DNA of 64,000 nt from Thainema sp. (lineage in GTDB: Bacteria; Cyanobacteriota; Cyanobacteriia; Phormidesmidales; Phormidesmidaceae), in assembly GCA_052168235.1 (NCBI GenBank), contig JBQLZK010000002.1, forward strand, positions 1-64,000, given 5' to 3'. A program made the translations under genes and the position numbers. Under the pieces are notes generated by a model. That model saw only the letters and a list, made by a program, of their open reading frames with translations. It did not search any database and had not been told where the DNA came from. Each line of letters starts with the position of its first letter. Within the stretch, counting starts at the first letter, position 1. Below, one piece after another: positions 40,798-50,744 of this stretch.

Positions 40798-42570
40798 TTA
40801 CACTTTACAAGTCTGGATGCGAGAGAAGAGACTCCCCTCCCCCGACCCACACCACAAAACCCACACCCACTCCCACTCCCCGAAAGGGAGGTGGCCTTGG
40901 GGTGCTGAGGTGCTAAATGTTACATCAAAGTAGTAAATATACGAGCCGTTCACTCTCCATCCAGTGCGATCGCAGAATTCTCCCCAAATCTTATCACCTG
41001 GATATTTCCCGTCGAGCTTGGCTCCACACTGGACGTAAATTTCTTTTTGCACGCTGAAGCCAAATTGACCGTTGCTGTACTTCACCCACAGTCGATCTAT
41101 CGTTTTCAGATCCGCACAGGGGAAGTTTAAGAGTTCTTCTGATTTAAGCAAGTCGCCTGATTTCTTCCCAACTGCCCGGATCATCACTTCGTAGGTTTCT
41201 TTGTCCGCCTCTTCCCACTCACCCGCCTTCAGCAAATCCCGCAATCGCGTATAGTTAATCCCCTTGTCCGAAGCCAAGCTAACTGTTTCTGCGATTTCAT
41301 GGAGCGCACTTTCTACGGCACTATGCATATGCGCCCATAAATGAATCGTGCTGTTAAATACTTTTTCCCCAAGGAGAGCTTTTTCTTTGCTATCCAAACC
41401 TGATAAAGCATGTTGCGCACTTGTTTCTGTGCTTACCTGTAGTTCGTAATTAGTTGCATTTTTTTCAGGTGTGGATGAAAACGAGCCTTTAGAAGCTTGG
41501 GAAGGTTCTAAGATGTGCGCTTCAATCTTCTGCACATCCTCATCCCGCAGTTGCTTCCGATCTTGAATTCGCTTCAGTTTTCGTCGCTGTAACTCATCCA
41601 GCGGATACTGCTGAGCAATCGCGGTCTGAAATGCACGCTGATAAAACTCAACGCGCTCTTTCAGTTCCCTAAACGGCTGAAGGATAGACGATTCAATCGC
41701 TTTCGCATCAGTTTCAGATAAATTTAACTCATCCCGAATATCGTCCAAATCTAGCCGATCCAGCTCGCTAATGAATCCCTGATTTTCCTGAACAACTCGC
41801 TCTACCTCTTGCCGATAGCGCAACTTCGGATCGCCAAGCGCCACCTTTGCCAACTCAATCCGAAATCCCTCGTCCTTCAAAACAATGATTTTTGGAGACA
41901 TCGCAGGTGCTGCTTCTTTCACCTTTAGCTCAGCATACTGGTGCAGCTCATCCACTGAGATTTGCCCGTCTTTATTCAGGTCGGCTGCCCCTGTCTCAAT
42001 ACCTTCAACCAAATAGCGCGTGTAAATCGACAAGTCTGAACCCGGTTGCTCAAATGAATATTGCACCGCACTTGAAGAAGTCAGCACGACTCTTCCCTCT
42101 GCACCAAGCTGTTCAACCAGATTTAATGCTCCATCATCTTTAGCGGTTAAATTACCAAACGCACCACTAAAGCAACAGTCCAAAATCACCACCTGCCGCC
42201 GCGCCCGACTCCGCAAAATGCACTCATGCACAAACGCAGCATCAAGCGCAGTTGAACTAATCAAAAAATCACCATCTTTGCGGGTATTACTGGCTGCAAA
42301 ATACAGCTTGCCTCGATCATCTTTGACCCCATGACCCGAAAAATAGAGCAGCGCTAGATCATCTCGTTGCCGTCGTCGGAACCAGGTTTCAATTGTTGCA
42401 GCGATTTCCCCATTAGTTTGGTCAATTAGTGTTTGTACGTCATCGAAGCAGCCGATTTCTGGATTCTGCAAAACTGCCTGCAACGCTACTACATCCTTCG
42501 GTGCCGCAGGTAATGCCTTGAATCCTTTTTGATATTGACTGGTGCCGATGAGCAGTGCCGTTTTCGCCAT
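40798..42570 (-). CDS. Caspase-like (peptidase C14) protease with C-terminal GUN4-like domain
   Basis: ALLIG, YFSGHG and ILDCCFSG (His/Cys dyad). C-terminal YTRLRDLLKAGEWEEADKET, FPCADLKTIDRLWVKYSNGQFGFSVQ and APQGHLP. Confidence 0.92.
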   Translation of the reverse strand: MAKTALLIGTSQYQKGFKALPAAPKDVVALQAVLQNPEIGCFDDVQTLIDQTNGEIAATIETWFRRRQRDDLALLYFSGHGVKDDRGKLYFAASNTRKDGDFLISSTALDAAFVHECILRSRARRQVVILDCCFSGAFGNLTAKDDGALNLVEQLGAEGRVVLTSSSAVQYSFEQPGSDLSIYTRYLVEGIETGAADLNKDGQISVDELHQYAELKVKEAAPAMSPKIIVLKDEGFRIELAKVALGDPKLRYRQEVERVVQENQGFISELDRLDLDDIRDELNLSETDAKAIESSILQPFRELKERVEFYQRAFQTAIAQQYPLDELQRRKLKRIQDRKQLRDEDVQKIEAHILEPSQASKGSFSSTPEKNATNYELQVSTETSAQHALSGLDSKEKALLGEKVFNSTIHLWAHMHSAVESALHEIAETVSLASDKGINYTRLRDLLKAGEWEEADKETYEVMIRAVGKKSGDLLKSEELLNFPCADLKTIDRLWVKYSNGQFGFSVQKEIYVQCGAKLDGKYPGDKIWGEFCDRTGWRVNGSYIYYFDVTFSTSAPQGHLPFGEWEWVWVLWCGSGEGSLFSRIQTCKV

Positions 42571-42971
42571 TAACGCGGATTGATGATGTTGACCTTTATT
42601 TTAGAGAGTCGCAGCCGCTCAATGGTTTGAATCTGTTGTTCCAAATCCTTTTGCGTTTGGTACACCAGTTTATAGCGTGCGCCATCTTCTTCGTACTCAA
42701 TTTCCTTTAGTCTGCCCGGAAACCGATTACCAAGGAACTCCAGCACCGTTCTGGCATTTGCCCACGTCACCTCTGCAAACAAAATTCCTTGCAGAAAAGC
42801 CCCAACACCCTTGCTACCTTCAGGTACTTCAGACTCTCTCGCGAGACGGGATTCCAAAGCAACCTCACGGATTTCATCAGCCAAATTCAACGTGTCTTGC
42901 TCTAGCTGTTCTGGATCATCATTTAGACCAGCCTGGTTGATATCAATCAAAATTTGAAAGGTTTCAGTCAT
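42570..42971 (-). CDS. Small caspase-partner protein, EACC1-like
   Basis: PEQLEQDTLNLADEI...VPEGSKG followed by a hydrophobic stretch; stop overlaps the caspase ATG. Family assignment from recall. Confidence 0.65.
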   Translation of the reverse strand: MTETFQILIDINQAGLNDDPEQLEQDTLNLADEIREVALESRLARESEVPEGSKGVGAFLQGILFAEVTWANARTVLEFLGNRFPGRLKEIEYEEDGARYKLVYQTQKDLEQQIQTIERLRLSKIKVNIINPR

Positions 42972-43029
42972 GGGTCACCGTTATCTGGAAATCAGAAAAT
43001 CTGAAGTGCGATCGCAGATATCACTGCAC

Positions 43030-43218
43030 TTACAGTCCCAACTCTGCCCGCAAAGATTTCAACGAAACTGTCGCTTTTTCCTGAGACAGTTCTTCCAAAA
43101 ACGCCATGAACTCAGGATTTTTCTTTAGCAGCTCCACCTCAACATCAAAATCATCAACAGGTGCGACATTCTTGGGCATAGGGGTTTGAGGATAAACAGG
43201 CACATCAATTATAAGCAA
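43030..43218 (-). pseudogene. Small ORF resembling the C-terminus of a type II antitoxin (possible remnant)
   Basis: DDFDVEVELLKKNPEFMAFLEEL...VSLKSLRAELGL; no toxin gene adjacent. Confidence 0.4.
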
Positions 43219-43309
43219 TCAAGATTTAGTCCAATTGGGATCAAAATTTCTCACCAGATCACCCTCATCCCTCGGTACAATAAGACGGTTGTATTCTGCG
43301 ACACGGGCC

Positions 43310-44605
43310 TTGATAGAACGCTACACCCTGCCCGAGATGGGCGATCTCTGGACGGACGACTATAAACTGAAAACCTGGCTGCAAGTGGAAATTGCCGTTT
43401 GCGAAGCCCAGGCCGAATTGGGCTATATTCCTGCCGAAGCGGTTGAGGAAATTAAAGCCAAGGCCAACTTTGATCGCGATCGCGTTTTAGAAATCGAAAA
43501 AGAAGTTCGTCACGATGTGATTGCCTTCTTGACCAACGTGAACGAGTACGTCGGCGACGCTGGCCGCTACATTCACTTGGGCATGACCAGTTCCGACATG
43601 CTAGACACGGCATTGGCGCTGCAACTGGTCGCTAGTATTGAGCTGATCATGCGGCGGCTAGAAGACCTGATTCAGGCGATTCGCTATCAGGCGCAGCAGC
43701 ACCGCAATACCGTCATGATCGGTCGCTCTCACGGCATTCACGCCGAGCCGATTACCTTTGGCTTTAAGCTGGCGGGTTGGCTAGCTGAAGTGCTGCGCCA
43801 TCGCGATCGGCTGGCAGCAGTCAGCAGCCAGATTGCCACGGGCAAAATCTCTGGTGCGGTTGGCACCTACGCCAACGTTGATCCGCGCATTGAGTCCTTG
43901 ACCTGTCAGAAACTGGGTCTACAGCCTGATGCGGCTTCCACTCAGGTGATCTCCCGCGATCGCCATGCAGAGTACATGCAGGCATTGGCGCTGCTGACCG
44001 CTTCGATTGAGCGGTTCGCGGTGGAGATTCGCAACCTCCAGCGTACCGACGTGCTGGAAGTGGAAGAGTATTTCTCCAAAGGACAAAAAGGCTCCTCCGC
44101 CATGCCCCACAAGCGCAACCCAATTAAATCAGAGCGTTTGACTGGCATGGCGCGGATTGTGCGCGGACATGCGATCGCAGCTTTGGAAAACGTGGCCCTC
44201 TGGCACGAGCGCGATATTTCCCACAGTTCCGTTGAGCGGGTGATGTTCCCGGATGCCTGCATCCTTACCCACTTCATGCTGGTGGAATCGACCGACCTGA
44301 TCAAGAATCTGCTGGTCTATCCCGAAAATATGCAGCGCAACATGAACGTCTACGGCGGCGTGGTGTTCAGTCAGCGAGTGCTGCTGGCGCTAGTTGACAA
44401 GGGCATGTCTCGCGAAGAGGCGTACAAGGTAGTGCAGTCTAACGCTCACGAAGTCTGGAACGTGGAAGGCGGCGATTTCCATCAGCGCATTTGCGATGAC
44501 CCGCGCGTGAAAGAGCATCTCTCGCCGGAGGAAATCGAAGCCTGCTTCGACCCGCAGCATCACCTGAAGAATCTTGATGCGATCTATCAGCGATTGGGAA
44601 TTTAA
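43310..44605 (+). CDS. purB: Adenylosuccinate lyase
   Basis: IERYT, RHDVIAF, HLGMTSSD and GSSAMPHKRNP; TTG start at 43310. Confidence 0.98.
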   Translation: MIERYTLPEMGDLWTDDYKLKTWLQVEIAVCEAQAELGYIPAEAVEEIKAKANFDRDRVLEIEKEVRHDVIAFLTNVNEYVGDAGRYIHLGMTSSDMLDTALALQLVASIELIMRRLEDLIQAIRYQAQQHRNTVMIGRSHGIHAEPITFGFKLAGWLAEVLRHRDRLAAVSSQIATGKISGAVGTYANVDPRIESLTCQKLGLQPDAASTQVISRDRHAEYMQALALLTASIERFAVEIRNLQRTDVLEVEEYFSKGQKGSSAMPHKRNPIKSERLTGMARIVRGHAIAALENVALWHERDISHSSVERVMFPDACILTHFMLVESTDLIKNLLVYPENMQRNMNVYGGVVFSQRVLLALVDKGMSREEAYKVVQSNAHEVWNVEGGDFHQRICDDPRVKEHLSPEEIEACFDPQHHLKNLDAIYQRLGI

Positions 44606-44641
44606 GCCCAAAACACCTAGTCTGTAATTGATAAACATTCG

Positions 44642-44707
44642 GTAGGGGCAGGTTTAGCAGATCCGTAATTGCATTGTAATTAGGGTTTCGGCAAAACCTG
44701 CCCTTAC
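44642..44707. repeat. REP pair (GTAGGGGCAGGTTT family)
   Basis: GTAGGGGCAGGTTT...AAACCTGCCCTTAC; same family as 22026-22197. Confidence 0.7.
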
Positions 44708-44754
44708 AGGTTTCTGATAACAATTCAATCATTCACCTATCCCAAACAAGAACA

Positions 44755-45171
44755 ATGGATAAAGCCGAACAGCTGATTATGATGGCCGAGGACGAGCTGA
44801 CTCAGTACAGCACCGAGGCTCGTAAAATCGAAAAGCTGCGCCCGAAGTACGGTCTGGCTGTACCTTATCCGCAGCAAAAAGAGGTCAGAACTGCGATCGC
44901 AGATAGTATGCCGAAAAACTTCATTGCCAAACTGGTGGAAAACAATCGCCAACTGGTGGCGCTGCCGTTTTGGGGCATTGGCGGCTTGGGCTTGCTAATC
45001 GGCATTTCTTGGCGGCAACCGCTCGATTTCACCGCTACAGCGATTGGGTTTTACGTCGCGTTTGCAATTCAAAAATGGGGCTGGAATTTGGAAGCCAAGC
45101 GACTGGCAATTAAGACGCTGAATGCAATTGAGTCGGATATGTTGAAAGAAAAAGCGGAGAGAGAGGAATAG
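44755..45171 (+). CDS. Hypothetical membrane protein
   Basis: 138-aa ORF with two TM helices. Confidence 0.7.
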   Translation: MDKAEQLIMMAEDELTQYSTEARKIEKLRPKYGLAVPYPQQKEVRTAIADSMPKNFIAKLVENNRQLVALPFWGIGGLGLLIGISWRQPLDFTATAIGFYVAFAIQKWGWNLEAKRLAIKTLNAIESDMLKEKAEREE

Positions 45172-45269
45172 GACTACTTAACCTCTACCCTTTTACCGAC
45201 GCCTTAAGTATGAGTTCCTTTCAACAATAGGATTAGTGTTGCTAGAGCAGTCAGCAATTATCGTTTGAG

Positions 45270-46061
45270 ATGACAGAGGTACAGCCTAATCGGGATCAGT
45301 CGGAAGCACTAGCGGGTACGACGAGTCGCTTGGATAGACAAAGCGCGATCGCACAGCATCAAGCAGAAGATCAAGCGATTGCCACGTTTACCGAGCGAGC
45401 AGAGAAGGATATTTACTTCATCAGTGGTCTTGGAGCGGATGAGCGCGTCTTTCGGGAGCTGAAGTTTGAGGGCTATCGTCCGGTACATATTCACTGGCTA
45501 GAGCCGGAACGGGGTGAATCCCTCAGTAGCTATGCCTGCCGTTTGTCTAAGCAGGTTCAGTCGGATCAACCGATTCTAGTTGGCCTATCCTTTGGTGGAT
45601 TAGTCGCGGTGGAGATGGCCAAGCAGATTGATGTCGAGCAGGTAATTCTCCTGTCTAGCGCCAAGACCACTGCCGAAATTCCGTTTTACTACAAAATTTT
45701 TCGCTGGTTTCCCCTGCATCGCGTCTTTCCCTTCAAGACGTTGCTGTGGGCAGTTTATTGGTTTGCCTATTGGGTATTTAGCGTGGAAACCGTGGAAGAA
45801 CGGAAGTTGCTAAAAGTTATTTTGCTAGATACCGACCCGCATTTTCTCAAATGGGCACTGCATCGCGTGGTGGTGTGGAAAAATCACACCATCCCCGATT
45901 CTCTGCATCATATTCATGGATTGTGCGATCGCATTTTTCCCATGCGTTGGATTAAACCTGACGTGGCGATTGAGCAAGCCGGACACCTGATGGTGCTGAA
46001 TCGAGCCAGCCAAGTCTCTGAGCTAATCACTCAAATTATTGAGACAAACTCAAACCAATAG
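45270..46061 (+). CDS. Alpha/beta hydrolase
   Basis: SGLGAD, GLSFGG nucleophile elbow, HIHGLCDRIFP and AGHLM. Confidence 0.88.
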   Translation: MTEVQPNRDQSEALAGTTSRLDRQSAIAQHQAEDQAIATFTERAEKDIYFISGLGADERVFRELKFEGYRPVHIHWLEPERGESLSSYACRLSKQVQSDQPILVGLSFGGLVAVEMAKQIDVEQVILLSSAKTTAEIPFYYKIFRWFPLHRVFPFKTLLWAVYWFAYWVFSVETVEERKLLKVILLDTDPHFLKWALHRVVVWKNHTIPDSLHHIHGLCDRIFPMRWIKPDVAIEQAGHLMVLNRASQVSELITQIIETNSNQ

Positions 46062-46163
46062 CCCCTACCTTTGGCAGGCTGAGATCAGCCCTGTGATGGA
46101 CGTTCTGACTGTAAGACTCACTACTATGAAACCTGTACACAGAACTCCTCATAAAACTAAAAC

Positions 46164-46604
46164 ATGAATTTCTTAAAACGAACCCTTGGAATCCTCTTTG
46201 CTGGAATGCTGTTGTTCATCACAACCGCTTGTAGCAATCCCTCAACCTCTGCTAGCACCAAGGCCGTGCCCCAGCGCAGTACATCCAACGTTGAGCGAAC
46301 GATTACTGACCAAGTTAGTCGCCCTAGCCGACCAGCTGCGGAAGTTAAGAGAGATGCCGAAAGGATAACGAAGCAGGCTAGAGAACAGCAAGCCAAAAGA
46401 ACGGGTGATGTTAGGGAAAACGCTCAACGCGTTCTGGACAGTACCTCTGAGAATGCAAAGCGAGTTGGTAATCAAATCGAAAACAAAGCCAGTGAAGCCA
46501 AAAATCGGTTAGAAGATCAAGCAAATGCATCACTCGATTCGGCTGAAACCAAAGCAGAACGAGCTTTGGATAAAGCAGAAAATACGGTTGATGACTTGAG
46601 CTAA
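46164..46604 (+). CDS. Hydrophilic helical lipoprotein (LEA/stress-like)
   Basis: Lipobox FITTA-C followed by charged helical repeats. Confidence 0.7.
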   Translation: MNFLKRTLGILFAGMLLFITTACSNPSTSASTKAVPQRSTSNVERTITDQVSRPSRPAAEVKRDAERITKQAREQQAKRTGDVRENAQRVLDSTSENAKRVGNQIENKASEAKNRLEDQANASLDSAETKAERALDKAENTVDDLS

Positions 46605-46629
46605 TTCGGCATGTAGAATTCGGCGAATT

Positions 46630-46722
46630 TATAGCGATTCTAGATAAGAACAAGAGAGGAGAGTGCCTCATGATGAGGCACTCTCCTCTCTTGTTTTCTC
46701 ATTCTTAACTGGAATCACTATA
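46630..46722. mobile_element. 93-bp MITE-like element
   Basis: TIRs TATAGCGATTCTAGATAAGAA / TTCTTAACTGGAATCACTATA (18/21 match) and an internal 22-bp perfect stem with TGA loop. Confidence 0.7.
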
Positions 46723-47086
46723 ACAGGGACATGGCATTGCTGTGTCCCGATATTTATAGCGGTTCTAGAGCTGTCAATTCCTTCCAGCTTGTTGTAGGCA
46801 AAAATTAGGCAAAAATGGAGGGGCAGACTTGGTCAAACACCGATGCCACCGTATTCACCGAGCCAAACACTTCAATGCCTAGACTGAACCAGCGTTGATC
46901 CAAGGCAATTATCTCAGCAATTTCGACGCTATACCCCGTCTTGTTAGGCTGCTAAAGTGCATTACCAGAGGGCATTAGCGCGACTCATGTTCTGTTCCCT
47001 CTCTGGTTGCCGCATCGCAGCTCTTCGTACTCGCTAATGCTTCCGACTTATCCTGATGTAGCCGTACCTCGAAGAGAATTAGATGA

Positions 47087-48502
47087 CTAACGTAAACCAG
47101 TTGGAGGCAGGAACGGGTCGGGTTGTCCGGTTTGGAACAGAATTCGGCCATCCTGTACGGCGGCCAAATCAACTAAAACCGGGCCAGAGGCATAAATGGG
47201 CTGAGTTGCGATCGCTTGTAGGCTGACGGGCTGCCCATAGCGCTGCACCTGTTCTAAAAAGCGAAAGATGGTTTCTGGACGCCCCGCCACATCAACGTCG
47301 TCCACGACTACGCCAGCCTGCCGCGAACGAAACTGCGAGGTTGCTAAGAGTAAATACAATCGCTCTCGCAGGCCCTGAGTCGTTAAATTTTCGCGCTCAA
47401 TAGGTGTGGCCGCGACGACATCTCCTGTGTCAAAAATCAAGTCATTGGGAACGGCATCCCAAAATACTTGAATACAGGGATCGTTCTCCTCCAAAACGCA
47501 GGATTCGCCAACTAAGTAGTTTGCCGCTGACAGAATTCGCACTACATAAGCTTGTCCGTCATCAACCTGTTCAACAAGCTGCTGGACTTCCGGGTTCGTA
47601 ATAAAAATAATTTGCTGCTCTGGATCGTTGAAGTTTGGTAGAACCGCGCGAAGCGCGGTTCGATTGGCCTCCTGAAGAATTTGGCGAATCGCATCCACTG
47701 CTGCTTCGGGTTGCTCAACCCGAAATACACCCGAAGCCAAGACCTGATTGCGAGCCAGTGCCACATTGCCTTGACGCAGTCCTTGTGCTTCTTGCTCCAG
47801 CCGTCTAACCTCGGTCGATAGATAATCCTGCTGGGCTTCCAGTTCTTCCAGTAAGTTTTTCTGACGTGCGATCGCAGTATCTCGTTGGCCAATTTCGCGA
47901 TCGCGCTCCTCAATCAGCGCCCGAATTTCCCGTTCCCGCTCAATCAATGCCTGTCGTTCCGTCTGAAGCTGCTGGACTTCCTGCTGTAGCTCCTGCTCCT
48001 GCTGAGAGAGCTGACGCAGTTGACGTTGGGCTTGAGCATAGCTGCGCTCGCTCTGCTGTAGCTCTGTTTGAGTCTGACTAAGCTGTGCCTGTGTCTGTTG
48101 CTGACGCTCTACCGCCGCGTTGAGTGAACTATTAATTTCTTGCAGCCGCTGCTGCGCCTTCTTTTGACGACTCTGGGCTTCTTCCAGTTCGTCTTCGATT
48201 CGTTCGCGATCGCGCTGCACCTGCTGGAGATCCGTCTGTGCCTCCCGCAGATCCGTCTGCACTTCTTCGAACTCAAAAACGCCTTTGCGAAGCTGGCTGC
48301 TGACGGCAAATAAAATTCCCAGAGTAGAAGCCGAAATCAAGCTGCCCGTAATTACGCTAACCAATGTCGCAGTCTGCCGTGGACGCAGATTGAACAGGGT
48401 AAGCCGAGCTTTTCCCACCTTCATGCCGATGCGATCGCCCAATGTTGCGATCACACCACCAAGAATGAGAATAGCCACAATCAGGACGTACCCTATGGTC
48501 AT
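47087..48502 (-). CDS. DUF3084 coiled-coil membrane protein
   Basis: LGGVIATLGDRIGMKVGKARLTLFNLRPRQTA, long coiled coil; downstream of ntcA. Confidence 0.88.
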   Translation of the reverse strand: MTIGYVLIVAILILGGVIATLGDRIGMKVGKARLTLFNLRPRQTATLVSVITGSLISASTLGILFAVSSQLRKGVFEFEEVQTDLREAQTDLQQVQRDRERIEDELEEAQSRQKKAQQRLQEINSSLNAAVERQQQTQAQLSQTQTELQQSERSYAQAQRQLRQLSQQEQELQQEVQQLQTERQALIEREREIRALIEERDREIGQRDTAIARQKNLLEELEAQQDYLSTEVRRLEQEAQGLRQGNVALARNQVLASGVFRVEQPEAAVDAIRQILQEANRTALRAVLPNFNDPEQQIIFITNPEVQQLVEQVDDGQAYVVRILSAANYLVGESCVLEENDPCIQVFWDAVPNDLIFDTGDVVAATPIERENLTTQGLRERLYLLLATSQFRSRQAGVVVDDVDVAGRPETIFRFLEQVQRYGQPVSLQAIATQPIYASGPVLVDLAAVQDGRILFQTGQPDPFLPPTGLR

Positions 48503-48723
48503 GGAAGAGTTTAGTTAACCTACAGCAACAGCCTGTTCAATCGACGCAATGGACTGAGTTTCAGGATCTCGGCTTCAACCTATACGTGAGGCATAGCCAC
48601 GTTCCTCTACCAGCATAGGTTTAAATGCCAAGCTTCGGGGTCAATTGCGAACAAGCTCACTGTAGAACAAAAAGGCAACGACAAATCAGTGTTGCGCTGA
48701 TCGATAAACAAATGACGCACAGG

Positions 48724-49395
48724 CTACGTAAACTGCCGACTCAAAATGACAGGATTGTGTACAGTAATCTTTTTCTTGTGAATCGAAATCATCTCATCTT
48801 GGCGCAAATCACCTAACAGGCGGGTCACCGTTACGCGAGTTGAACCGATCGCTTCTGCGATCGCTTGATGGGACAGCTTGAGATCGATCGTAATACCGTC
48901 TTTGCTGGGTACGCCAAAATCGCGACAGAGAATCAGCAGGAAACTGACTAGCCGTGATCCCATATCCCGATGGGCGAGGGTCTCAATCATCATCTCGGTT
49001 TGCAAAATTCGCGAGGATAGACCTTGCAGCATGAGCATGGCTAATTCCGGATGCTCACCCAGGGCCTTGGAAACCTGCTCAATTGGCACCGATAGCAGTT
49101 CCACCGGAGTAAAGGCGACAGCATGGTAGAACCGATCGGAGCGATTGCCCGTAATCAGTGACAGAACACCAAACACGCTATTTTCTCGCAATAGCGCTAC
49201 GGTAATTTCTTCTCCCGCTTCATAGACCCGCGAGAGCTTGACTGCGCCTTTTAATAAAAAGTAGACGCGCTCAGCCGGATCGCCTGGGAAAAAAATGGTT
49301 TTACCTCGTTCAAATGACTCAACTACCGGTGGAAAAATACCGCCGCTGAGCTGCTTAAATAAATCCGCGAGTGGTCGCTCTTGCGTCACTACCAT
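48724..49395 (-). CDS. ntcA: Global nitrogen regulator NtcA
   Basis: [25 protein letters not shown] and [23 protein letters not shown]. Confidence 0.98.
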   Translation of the reverse strand: MVVTQERPLADLFKQLSGGIFPPVVESFERGKTIFFPGDPAERVYFLLKGAVKLSRVYEAGEEITVALLRENSVFGVLSLITGNRSDRFYHAVAFTPVELLSVPIEQVSKALGEHPELAMLMLQGLSSRILQTEMMIETLAHRDMGSRLVSFLLILCRDFGVPSKDGITIDLKLSHQAIAEAIGSTRVTVTRLLGDLRQDEMISIHKKKITVHNPVILSRQFT

Positions 49396-49523
49396 ACCTC
49401 TTTGCCCTACCACCTGTTTGTGCTGGTTTTACGTATTTACCCACACGTATGGGACGAAACAGACCGTCTGTATCAACGCCTATATATTAGACCCACTAAA
49501 ACCTACTCTTGAAACACTTTTTT

Positions 49524-49537
49524 GTGATAAATGCTAC
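49524..49537 (-). promoter_or_regulatory. Possible NtcA/CRP-type site upstream of ntcA
   Basis: Minus-strand GTAGCATTTATCAC (GTA-N8-CAC, one mismatch to GTA-N8-TAC); the -10 spacing is not canonical. Confidence 0.4.
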
Positions 49538-49820
49538 ATATTCTTAAGGATAGGGATTGATTTTCTAAGGTTTTCTCGGTTTACGCCAATAATTCACCTC
49601 AATCATAAGCGGAGAAACTGGATTATGTGTGGATATTGCCATCCCTTGTCACTCTGAGAGTTCGCAATGAGTTGCAAGTAGTTGGTGCGCATCGCCCGAC
49701 TACTGAGCCACTCTTCTGACCAAATGATTTGCGATCGCGATCGCTCACGAATTGACGAGCTGGCATGAGAGGATTGGGAACAGACGTTGACTATTGAACT
49801 ACAGACATAAACGGACGACC

Positions 49821-50597
49821 ATGCTAAATCTCTCAGGGAAAAACGCGTTTGTTACGGGTATTGCCAATAATCGTTCCATTGCTTGGGGCATTGCCCAACA
49901 GCTCCATCAAGCTGGGGCCAATTTAGCCATTACCTACTTGCCGGACGAGCGGGGTCGTCATGAAAAGAAAGTGGCTGATCTGGTTGAATCGCTCAATCCT
50001 GACCTGTTTCTCCCCTTAAATGTGCAGAACGATGAGCAAGTAACTGCGGCATTTGATGCGGTAAAGGAAAAGTGGGGACGAGTTGATATTTTGGTTCATT
50101 GCCTTGCGTTTGCCAATCGGGATGACCTGACGGGCAACTTTGTGGATACCTCTCGCACCGGATTTCAAACCGCGCTAGATATTAGTGCTTATTCACTGGT
50201 GCAGTTGGCTAATGCCGCTAAGCCGTTGATGACCGAGGGCGGCAGTATCATTACTCTGACCTATCTAGGCGGCGTCAAAGTTGTTCCGAACTACAACGTG
50301 ATGGGTATCGCTAAAGCTGCACTAGAGATGAATGTCCGCTATCTAGCCGCCGATCTAGGCCCAGCCAATATCCGCGTCAACGGCATTTCGGCTGGCCCGA
50401 TTCGCACGCTGGCCTCTTCTGCCGTTGGTGGCATTCTGGACATGATTCACCATGTTGAAGCCACAGCGCCCCTGCGCCGCACTGTAACCCAAAAAGAAGT
50501 GGGCAATGCAGCCGCTTTTCTCTGCAGCGATTTGGCCAGTGGGATTACCGGACAAATTCTCTACGTGGATTCTGGCTACGAAATTATGGGCATGTAA
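49821..50597 (+). CDS. fabI: Enoyl-ACP reductase
   Basis: GIANNRSIAWGIA, YNVMGIAKAALE and SAGPIRTLA. Confidence 0.97.
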   Translation: MLNLSGKNAFVTGIANNRSIAWGIAQQLHQAGANLAITYLPDERGRHEKKVADLVESLNPDLFLPLNVQNDEQVTAAFDAVKEKWGRVDILVHCLAFANRDDLTGNFVDTSRTGFQTALDISAYSLVQLANAAKPLMTEGGSIITLTYLGGVKVVPNYNVMGIAKAALEMNVRYLAADLGPANIRVNGISAGPIRTLASSAVGGILDMIHHVEATAPLRRTVTQKEVGNAAAFLCSDLASGITGQILYVDSGYEIMGM

Positions 50598-50659
50598 GAT
50601 CGTACGTTCACGGTTGCCGCGACTAAGTTGAATTGGCTACAACTGGAACGCATAAATCG

Positions 50660-50701
50660 TCAGCAGAGGAGGATTTGCGATCGCAAATCCTCCTCTGCTG
50701 A
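50660..50701. repeat. 42-bp perfect palindrome centred on HIP1
   Basis: TCAGCAGAGGAGGATTTGCGATCGCAAATCCTCCTCTGCTGA. Confidence 0.85.
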
Positions 50702-50744
50702 TCCTCAATTCATCAACATTCATCAACTCATCAACCAACCTGAC

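Noticed and set aside
40798..41260. Canonical gun4 (Mg-chelatase activator)
   Set aside because: The domain is fused to a caspase and has an atypical tail; better treated as a GUN4-like paralog.
39520..43300. Complete DGR cassette
   Set aside because: No reverse transcriptase, avd gene or template repeat is visible in the window; only a possible remote target is reported.
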